A stretch of 7,199 nucleotides of DNA from Promethearchaeia archaeon (GCA_046497275.1 JAWOFX010000101.1:1-7199), one strand, 5' to 3'. Numbered from the stretch's first letter, positions 1-6,165 are shown. Numbers and translations: made by a program. The notes: generated by a model not told the origin, from the letters alone.

Positions 1-333
1 TACGAGATAAAAGAATATGGCTTAAAAACATATATTCAGAAAATTGTATCATTCTTTCAAAAATCAGAAATAACTCATCTTTACGTGTCTATAGATATTG
101 ATGCGTTAGATCCTTCTATTGCTCCAGGGACGGGATTTGCAATTCCCGGAGGGTTTTCTTATAGAGATGTATGGTTAATACTACGAGAAATTGCAGAAAA
201 ATTTAAGATTATTGGGTTTGATCTCATCGAAGTCGCACCAAATTTAGACTTACCAAATCGTGTAACTCGTAATCTTGCCGCTAAACTGATTATTGAGTTT
301 ATCTCTTTTATTATAAATAATAATAAAGAATAA
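1..333 (+). CDS. speB: Agmatinase/arginase-family ureohydrolase, C-terminal part (5'-truncated by the window edge)
   Basis: Frame 1 is open from base 1 (YEIKEYGLKTYIQKIVSFFQKSEITHLYVSIDIDALDP...), so the GTG at 85 in the ORF track is internal. It carries the ureohydrolase metal-binding motif YVSIDIDALDP (82-114), APGTG..PGG and the D-x-x-E-V-x-P motif (FDLIEVAP). The family call is secure; speB specificity is inferred from the motifs and the DHS neighbour. Confidence 0.88.
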   Translation, partial: YEIKEYGLKTYIQKIVSFFQKSEITHLYVSIDIDALDPSIAPGTGFAIPGGFSYRDVWLILREIAEKFKIIGFDLIEVAPNLDLPNRVTRNLAAKLIIEFISFIINNNKE

Positions 334-338
334 TATTT

Positions 339-344
339 TAGGAA
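339..344 (+). promoter_or_regulatory. Weak Shine-Dalgarno-like sequence (TAGGAA) before the DHS gene
   Basis: AGGA lies 7 nt before ATG 351, inside a 17-bp gap after the agmatinase stop, consistent with co-transcription. Confidence 0.4.
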
Positions 345-350
345 TGAAAA

Positions 351-1295
351 ATGGCAAAAAAGAATTTTGAAGAACAATTAGAAAATGTAAACCAATTTAA
401 AATAACCGATAAAACAGATATTATCTCCTTAATCAAAGATTTAAAGAGTACTGGTTTCAATGCGAAACGATTAGCTAGAGCATGCGAGATTTATGAAAGT
501 ATGATCAGAGATAAGAATTGCGAGAAATTTTTTGGTCTAGCTGGAGCTATGGTTCCCGCAGGAATGCAAGGTATAATTCACGATTTTATTGAGGAAGATT
601 TTATCGATATTTTAGTGACAACCGGAGCTAATTTAACTCATGATATCGCCGAAACGTTGGGATTTCATCATCTTCAAGGTGCAATAAATCCTAATGAATT
701 AGATGATGCAGCACTCCATCAAGAAAAAATAAATAGAATTTATGATGTGTTTTTACCAGATAGAGTCTATGAGGGAATTGAGGATTTTATTTCTCAATTA
801 AATATTCCTGATCAGCAGATGTCCGTGAGTAAATTTCTTAAATTTTTAGGAAAAGAACTCCCAGATAATACTCATTCTATTCTAAATATAGCTGCTGAAA
901 AAGACGTGCCGATATTTTGTCCAGCTTTTACAGATTCAGGCTTAGCCTTACAATTAGGATTTCATTTTCAAAAATTAAACTTAAATCATTTTGAAGATAT
1001 GCTTAAAATGGTTGATCTTGCATGGGATGCCGATAATGCGGGAGTCTGTATTGTTGGAGGTGGAGTTCCGAAAAATTTCATCTTTCAATCCCTACAATTC
1101 TGTCCTACTTCAGCAAAATACGCGATTCAAATCACAATGGATCGCCCCGAACCAGGTGGCTTGAGTGGAGCAACTCTCCATGAAGCAATGTCATGGGGTA
1201 AGGTCAATGAAGAAGCACAGAACTCTATGGTGATTTCGGATGCAACGATTGCGCTTCCTTTAATTTTATGGTATCTTAAAAAAACTTTTCATTAA
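351..1295 (+). CDS. dys: Deoxyhypusine synthase family protein (DHS/DHS-like, NAD+-dependent aminobutyl transferase)
   Basis: 314 aa with DHS motifs TGFNA..L, GAMVPAG, LVTTGANLTHD, INRIYDV, PIFCPAFTDS, GGGVPKN and GGLSGATLHEAMSWGK (catalytic Lys codon 1200-1202), ending in DATIALPL. Confidence 0.95.
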   Translation: MAKKNFEEQLENVNQFKITDKTDIISLIKDLKSTGFNAKRLARACEIYESMIRDKNCEKFFGLAGAMVPAGMQGIIHDFIEEDFIDILVTTGANLTHDIAETLGFHHLQGAINPNELDDAALHQEKINRIYDVFLPDRVYEGIEDFISQLNIPDQQMSVSKFLKFLGKELPDNTHSILNIAAEKDVPIFCPAFTDSGLALQLGFHFQKLNLNHFEDMLKMVDLAWDADNAGVCIVGGGVPKNFIFQSLQFCPTSAKYAIQITMDRPEPGGLSGATLHEAMSWGKVNEEAQNSMVISDATIALPLILWYLKKTFH

Positions 1296-1353
1296 GGTTT
1301 GCAAAGCATAATTATAAATCCAAAAAGAAAATTGTAAGAAAGTTTATTATCTT

Positions 1354-1373
1354 AAAAGAAAAAAAGAAAAAAA
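1354..1373 (-). terminator. Oligo-T terminator for hsp20
   Basis: The minus strand reads TTTTTTTCTTTTTTTCTTTT about 40 nt after the hsp20 stop, typical of archaeal oligo(U) termination. Confidence 0.55.
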
Positions 1374-1414
1374 TATATCAGACTATATGGATATGTGCTA
1401 AGTTATTCCGTAGC

Positions 1415-1921
1415 TTATTTAATTTCGATTTTCTTCTTCTCTTTAGGCTCTGGCTCTTGCTTTGGAACTTTTACAGTTAAAATTCCTTTATCCAAGTTAG
1501 CATCGATTTCTTCGTCATTTATATTTTCCGGTAGAGTAAACGCTCTGTAATAGCGAGATGTTCGATATTCGCTTCTGACCACTTCTCCCTCTTTTTCTTC
1601 TTTCTCTTCTTCTTCCATCTCTCCTTTAATTTCTAAGACACCATCTGATATAGAGACTTCTATATCACCCTTATCAAGTCCAGGCATTTCAGCTGAGATT
1701 TCAATATGATCTTCTTTGTCTTTAATGTTTGTAAGAGGTGTTCTGAACAGTGGTCCCTCTTCGGTCTCCATTAATGAGCCAAATCTGGGCCATCGAGTTG
1801 GTCTCCAAAATTCATCAAATCTACGTGTAAGCTCATTGAACATTTTATCCATTTCTTGGAAAATTGAAAATGGTCGTTCTCTTCTTATGGATAATTCTCG
1901 AGATTTTTCTTCTTCTGACAT
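1415..1921 (-). CDS. hsp20: Small heat shock protein (Hsp20/alpha-crystallin family)
   Basis: 168 aa with an alpha-crystallin domain (TPLTNIKD...ISAEMPGLDKGDIEVSISDGVLEIKGE; YRAFTLPENI..EEIDANLDKGILTVKVPK), a C-terminal I-x-I motif (KKKIEIK) and a Phe/Arg/Pro-rich N-terminal arm. Confidence 0.96.
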   Translation of the reverse strand: MSEEEKSRELSIRRERPFSIFQEMDKMFNELTRRFDEFWRPTRWPRFGSLMETEEGPLFRTPLTNIKDKEDHIEISAEMPGLDKGDIEVSISDGVLEIKGEMEEEEKEEKEGEVVRSEYRTSRYYRAFTLPENINDEEIDANLDKGILTVKVPKQEPEPKEKKKIEIK

Positions 1922-1924
1922 AAT

Positions 1925-1936
1925 ATCAACCTCCTT
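1925..1936 (-). promoter_or_regulatory. Strong Shine-Dalgarno site for hsp20 (AAGGAGGTTGAT)
   Basis: Near-perfect match to the GGAGGTGAT consensus, with GGAGG ending 8 nt before the ATG at 1921. Confidence 0.8.
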
Positions 1937-2027
1937 GGGTTTTTTTTTTGAAGATTAATATTTTTTTAAAGGCTATTTTTTTGTCAACCTTTACTTTACT
2001 AATACCTAATTTACATAAAAAAATTGC

Positions 2028-2052
2028 AATATTTAAATATTTCGTTTTCGTA
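2028..2052 (-). promoter_or_regulatory. Putative BRE + TATA promoter of hsp20
   Basis: The minus strand reads CGAAAACGAAAATATTTAAATATT: a purine-rich BRE followed by TTTAAATA. This predicts a TSS near 2005 and a 5' UTR of about 85 nt containing the SD. Confidence 0.55.
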
Positions 2053-2134
2053 TTATAAATAGTAGAGATGATGGTAGGGTGCATATTGCATAGTTTTTAA
2101 AATATTTAAAAAATCATTCAATTATTATAGAGTG

Positions 2135-2186
2135 GAAAAAAAAATCTTTTACAAAAAATCATCCATTTTATATAAATAAAAAAAAA
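2135..2186 (-). terminator. Oligo-T termination region downstream of the surface-protein gene
   Basis: Several T6-T10 runs on the minus strand start 3 nt after the TGA at 2190. Confidence 0.5.
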
Positions 2187-2189
2187 GAT

Positions 2190-2972
2190 TCAACAGTAAG
2201 ATTTCGTTTTCTTTGAAATTCGCAGACTAATTGCTAAAAGAGCTATCATCATGATCGATGCAATCAGTAAAGGATTTCCAAAAGGTACATTTGATGGCAC
2301 TCTATTCAAAGTTAAATCTGCATATGAAGTAGGATCACCGCCATCTGCCGTTTGAGGAATCTGCCAACCGCAAAATGATACAGATACCATAAAAAATATT
2401 CTAATGGTAGTATTAGTATTCCCAACAGGTAGAACATCCCCCATTTCATTTGGTGTTGATTTTCCATCATAGGCTGAACTAAAGGTGATATTTATGGAAA
2501 ATTCCATAATCGTGTGATTTCTTGCTTCATTTGGACTTGGACCAAATCCCATTATCCAATGTGCAAGTTGATTTCCTATCATACTATCAGGAGCATGATC
2601 CCTCCTTAAATTCATAGAAATATTATTATCTATAATATTATCGTAATTACAATCAAAGTAAATATTCACATAGTCATCATTATCTGAAGTATTATCTGGC
2701 AAATCATCAAACAATATATATAACTTATTCTGAGTATTTTTGATGTAAACATGTACATAATCATCAGGATGGTTTTCGGTGGGTTCATGAAAGAAAGACG
2801 TATGATAAGCATCAGACCATTCAGATTCAGTGAAAGTACCATCAATAGTAGGTGAAGAATTCGTCTTATAACTAATGAGAGTGTTAATATCTCCTTTAAC
2901 ATAAACGGAGGCTAGAAATGGAATGAATAAAATTAAAACAAGACTGATTAATACAATTTTTCTTTTAGTCAT
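2190..2972 (-). CDS. Secreted, C-terminally membrane-anchored glycoprotein with a CBM9-like/DOMON-like domain
   Basis: ATG at 2972 (MTKRKIVLISLVLILFIPFLASVYVKG) gives a Sec signal peptide; the GTG at 2981 is an alternative. PTIDG-x4-EW-x2-A (2852-2838 onward) is the typical CBM9_1/DOMON-like start. It also has a FDCNYDN Ca-binding-like loop, GFGPSPN..HTIMEFSI, six N-x-S/T sequons, and a VPFGN + TM helix + basic tail. The ligand is unknown. Confidence 0.75.
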   Translation of the reverse strand: MTKRKIVLISLVLILFIPFLASVYVKGDINTLISYKTNSSPTIDGTFTESEWSDAYHTSFFHEPTENHPDDYVHVYIKNTQNKLYILFDDLPDNTSDNDDYVNIYFDCNYDNIIDNNISMNLRRDHAPDSMIGNQLAHWIMGFGPSPNEARNHTIMEFSINITFSSAYDGKSTPNEMGDVLPVGNTNTTIRIFFMVSVSFCGWQIPQTADGGDPTSYADLTLNRVPSNVPFGNPLLIASIMMIALLAISLRISKKTKSYC

Positions 2973-3057
2973 ATTTAGCACTGTTAAGTTTTTATTAAAT
3001 TTAATTCATATTTAAACTATTTAAAATTTAACTTTTGCAGATTTTTTAAATTGAACT

Positions 3058-3089
3058 AAAAAAGTTTAAAAAGTATTCCAAAGAAAGAA
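3058..3089 (-). terminator. Possible T-rich terminator after the MFS transporter
   Basis: The minus strand has TCTTCTTTCTTT, TTTTT and TTTTTT runs 25-57 nt after the stop at 3115. TATA-like TTTAAATA elements follow before 2972, suggesting the downstream gene has its own promoter. Confidence 0.35.
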
Positions 3090-3114
3090 GACACTTTTTT
3101 ATATTTGGAACAAA

Positions 3115-4476
3115 CTAAGAGTTTTTATTACTTTCCCAATCAAAATCAAGTAGAAGAAATTTTTTAGAATAGAAATACACACCAATTAAAATCAGAGCAC
3201 ATATGGGGCCCCATAAAACATAACCAATTGAAACATCAGATGATTTAATTGAAATTTCGGGCAATTCAAGTATAAATCCCATTAAAATCAATCCAATGCT
3301 TTGGAAAAGATTTAGTATAATACTTGGAAAACCTTGATAAGTACCTGCCTTCAATTCTCCCGTTTTCATTTGATCATCTTCGGCAATATCAGCATATAAG
3401 ATATTAGGAAGTAAAAACCATCCACCTAAACAACCTGTTAATGCTGAGACAAAAATTAAGCCATATATAAATGATAGATTATTCATAGGAACTAATCCTA
3501 ATAATGAAAAGGGAAGTGTAATAATCGCAAAAAGAAAAATGTAAAGAAGTGTTCTTTTCTTTCCTAATTTGATTATTAATTTTCTCCATAAATATAAAAA
3601 TAATAAGATCCCAATAAGAAAAATCCCCGCTGTAATATAATAGAAAATTTGTTCAAATTGCAGTACATTCTCTATAAAAAGTAATACTAATGATCCAACC
3701 ATGATCCAGGCTATGCTGGCTAAACCTACCATACCTGTTACCATTAAATAATTCTTATTTTTGAGAATTACTTTCAAACGTTCAACTGAAGAAGACTCTA
3801 TTTTATGATATGATTCTGTTGGCATTAAAAAAGCAGTTAAGTAAAAAAGAATAATTACAATTATGCCAAATAAGATAACGCTATAAAGAAATTCAGGTGG
3901 AATAACGCCAGGATTATCCTCAATTTTATCACTAAAATTCGGTAATACAATAAATGAAAAAATAGTGGTAACTGCTGTTCCAAAAAACCCAATTGTATTT
4001 TGATATTGTGACGCCTTTGGCCGAGAGTTAGAGTCAAATTGTTCCACCATCCAAGATTGATAAGGAGAAGTAATTCCATAACTCAAATTAAAAATCTGGT
4101 ACCAAAAGAGTAACCATAAAAAGAGGGTAAACGGATTTGATAGATCTAATAAAAGTCCCGGTAAAAGTAAGAATATAAAAGAAATGCCTAAGATTGGACT
4201 TAATATGATTAAATATGGTTTTCTTCTACCCCAACGAGTGTATTTATAATCACTTATCCATCCAAAAAAGAATTGAGAACCAGCAATAGTGAGTTTTCCT
4301 AAACCTAAAGCCACTCCGACAAAAATAGAGGATACTTGATACCCTAAGATATAAAGAGTTGCCAAGGCAAAATCTGCGAAACCCATCAGAATTGATGTGC
4401 CAAATTTTGGAATACTAAAAATAAGAGTCTTTTTTGAACTATTTTTTATTTTCTCCTTAGTTCTTTTTTGATTAAT
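3115..4476 (-). CDS. MFS transporter, glycoside-pentoside-hexuronide (GPH)/MelB-like family
   Basis: Motifs GWISDYKYTRWGRRKPY (TM2-3 loop), YQSWMVEQFDSNSR, KLGKKRT and YADIAEDDQMKTGELKAGTYQG; about 12 hydrophobic segments. The ORF-track ATG (4386) falls in the middle of TM1, and the frame is open upstream to 4503. The start is placed tentatively at ATT 4476 (453 aa). Product confidence is high; the exact start is uncertain. Confidence 0.88.
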   Translation of the reverse strand: MNQKRTKEKIKNSSKKTLIFSIPKFGTSILMGFADFALATLYILGYQVSSIFVGVALGLGKLTIAGSQFFFGWISDYKYTRWGRRKPYLIILSPILGISFIFLLLPGLLLDLSNPFTLFLWLLFWYQIFNLSYGITSPYQSWMVEQFDSNSRPKASQYQNTIGFFGTAVTTIFSFIVLPNFSDKIEDNPGVIPPEFLYSVILFGIIVIILFYLTAFLMPTESYHKIESSSVERLKVILKNKNYLMVTGMVGLASIAWIMVGSLVLLFIENVLQFEQIFYYITAGIFLIGILLFLYLWRKLIIKLGKKRTLLYIFLFAIITLPFSLLGLVPMNNLSFIYGLIFVSALTGCLGGWFLLPNILYADIAEDDQMKTGELKAGTYQGFPSIILNLFQSIGLILMGFILELPEISIKSSDVSIGYVLWGPICALILIGVYFYSKKFLLLDFDWESNKNS

Positions 4477-4505
4477 AATAATCCACCTTTTTTCTGAAAT
4501 TATCT

Positions 4506-4563
4506 AATTTATATACTATTAAAGATCAATAATATATATTTAGAAGAAGTGTATATATAAATT
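4506..4563. promoter_or_regulatory. Bidirectional promoter: two identical outward-facing TATATAAATT boxes flanking a central palindrome
   Basis: AATTTATATA (4506-4515) and TATATAAATT (4554-4563) form a perfect 10-bp inverted repeat, with palindrome AATATATATT at 4531-4540 nearly at its centre. Each box lies 23-29 nt from a candidate start codon. Confidence 0.6.
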
Positions 4564-4587
4564 CTTAAATCACATTATTATTTGATT

Positions 4588-6096
4588 ATGTTAAAAAATA
4601 CAGAAAAAAATAAAATTCAGATTCCAATTGTTTTTATCGGAAAACCTCAATGGGAAGCTGGTTGGCCCTATTTAGGATTTGACAATAATGAATTTGTTGA
4701 TAGTATAACTAATCATATTCAAAATAAATTCCCCGAAATTAATTTTCTCCAAAATGAAATAATTACAACATATAATGAAGAGTTGATAGAAAAAATAAAG
4801 AATGATTTATCTATAGCTGATGGATTACTAATCTATACTATTGGCCATTATGGGGATCCGGGTATTATTAGAGCTGGTCTAGAAATTATTAACCATAAAA
4901 AGATGCCATGCATTCTAGCCAATCTTATCTATGCAGGAGATCATACCTTTATAAAAATTTATACGTCAATAAAGGATAAAAAAAATTATGTATGTCCAAT
5001 TTCTTCGGAAAATTTTGAAGATTTTGATAAATATCTAAAAATTTTGTTTAATATAATACTTCTTAAAGGAGAAAAACTTCTAGTTTTTGCTTCTGATAAA
5101 AGAGAAAGAAACTGGGAACAGATTACAAATTTAGTTACTCCCGAGCGAAAAAAAATATTAGAAAATTATCCTGAATATTTTAATCAAGCAAGCAAAATGA
5201 GAGATGAAGATTTTGAATTCTTTATAGATTTAGAGGGAAGAGATCAAGCACATCCATGGAGAAAAAATCCAAATGATTATAAAGAAGGTTTATTAAATAC
5301 TTTTGGTGTAGAGTTAATAAGAGAAGATCCAGATAAAATCCTTTATTATTATGATAAAGTAGATGAAAAAAAAGCTGAAAGTATTGCCAATAAATGGATA
5401 AAAAATGCAGAGTTTGTGGAACCCTCCAAAAAGAGTATAGTGAATTCGGCGAAACTTTACTTGGCATTAAAAACCTTATTAGAAGATCTTAATTGTAATT
5501 TTTTTGCTCCTGATTGTGGAACTCTATTATTATTAGGAAAGATGCCGGCATATCCATGTATGGCTTTTTTTGAATTAAGTAAAGATAATGTTTATGGAAT
5601 ATGCGAATCAGATACCAATTCGGCCATCAGCTTTATGTTAGGATTATATATAGCTAATAAACCTGGTTTTGTTTCAAATCACACCCTTGATTTGATAAAT
5701 AACAGAATAACCTATTTGCATTGCGTAGCACCATGCAATTTAGAGGGAGAAGGAAAATCTTCATTAAAATATGATCTTGTTTATCATGGTGAATCAAATC
5801 TTATAGGAGTATCTCCTCGTGTTAAATTTCCAAAAAATAAAACAGTTACCACAATTAAAGTTAGTGTATCCAAGAATAAAATTGCGATTCGGAAGGGGAA
5901 AATTATTGATAATGTGGAAAAAAAAGGAGGGTGTGTTTCTAAAATGTTAGTAGAGGGCAATGCTAAAAAAATTTTAGAAAATTATGATTGGGAGTCTTTT
6001 GGATGGCATAGAGTAACTTTTTTAGGAGATTTATTACAAGATTTCCAAATAGGCGCAAAACTTTTGGGTTTGAAGATTATTCAAGAAGACGTTTAG
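4588..6096 (+). CDS. L-fucose/L-arabinose isomerase-like protein (FucI/AraA-like sugar isomerase family)
   Basis: The ATG at 4588 (TTG 4582 alternative) is 24 nt after a TATA box and has no SD, so it is probably leaderless. Family motifs: LYLALK, APDCG, PCMAF.EL, GICESD, KPGF, YLHCVAP, CVSK and C-terminal GWHRVTF.GD with the metal-ligand His. The sugar substrate cannot be determined from sequence. Confidence 0.82.
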   Translation: MLKNTEKNKIQIPIVFIGKPQWEAGWPYLGFDNNEFVDSITNHIQNKFPEINFLQNEIITTYNEELIEKIKNDLSIADGLLIYTIGHYGDPGIIRAGLEIINHKKMPCILANLIYAGDHTFIKIYTSIKDKKNYVCPISSENFEDFDKYLKILFNIILLKGEKLLVFASDKRERNWEQITNLVTPERKKILENYPEYFNQASKMRDEDFEFFIDLEGRDQAHPWRKNPNDYKEGLLNTFGVELIREDPDKILYYYDKVDEKKAESIANKWIKNAEFVEPSKKSIVNSAKLYLALKTLLEDLNCNFFAPDCGTLLLLGKMPAYPCMAFFELSKDNVYGICESDTNSAISFMLGLYIANKPGFVSNHTLDLINNRITYLHCVAPCNLEGEGKSSLKYDLVYHGESNLIGVSPRVKFPKNKTVTTIKVSVSKNKIAIRKGKIIDNVEKKGGCVSKMLVEGNAKKILENYDWESFGWHRVTFLGDLLQDFQIGAKLLGLKIIQEDV

Positions 6097-6120
6097 ATTC
6101 TGATCACAATTTTACTAAAT

Positions 6121-6165
6121 CTTTTCTCTCTTTCTTATTAAATTTGTTCAATATATTTCTTTTTT
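6121..6165 (+). terminator. Pyrimidine/T-rich terminator after the isomerase gene
   Basis: CTTTTCTCTCTTTCTT and TTTCTTTTTT lie 25-70 nt after the TAG at 6096. Confidence 0.5.

Noticed and set aside
85-333. 82-aa ORF starting at GTG 85
   Set aside because: The frame is open from base 1, so this is the internal C-terminal part of a longer ureohydrolase.
159-377. 72-aa minus-strand ORF
   Set aside because: It is antisense to the agmatinase and DHS genes and has no recognizable motif; a shadow ORF.
1716-1958. 80-aa plus-strand ORF
   Set aside because: It is antisense to hsp20, Ser-rich and without motifs; a shadow ORF.
2068-2100. Tiny ORF MMVGCILHSF in a slightly GC-richer intergenic patch
   Set aside because: Only 10 codons, no SD, and the nearest TATA-like element is too close to the ATG; no support.
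2094-2190. Inverted repeat TTTTTAAA-N3-TTTAAAAA, repeated AAAAAATC units and an AATCTTTT/AAAAGATT stem
   Set aside because: All are low-complexity A/T sequences explained by composition and the oligo-T terminator; there is no regular spacing as in a CRISPR array or MITE.
2190-2195. C-terminal Cys of the surface protein as a lipidation or CaaX site
   Set aside because: The Cys is the last residue and does not fit CaaX; no supporting evidence.
2666-2902. 78-aa alternate-frame minus-strand ORF
   Set aside because: It lies wholly inside the CBM9/DOMON-like gene, which has the recognizable motifs.
2975-2983. TTAGCACTG resembling a CIRCE half-site
   Set aside because: No matching second half lies 9 nt away, and it is not upstream of the heat-shock gene.
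3861-4079. 72-aa alternate-frame ORF
   Set aside because: Nested in the MFS gene on the same strand with no motifs.
4570-4575. In-frame ATG at 4575 (minus) as the MFS start
   Set aside because: It is followed immediately by TGA and separated from the ORF by the TAG at 4506-4504.
5222-5467. 81-aa minus-strand ORF
   Set aside because: Antisense shadow of the isomerase.
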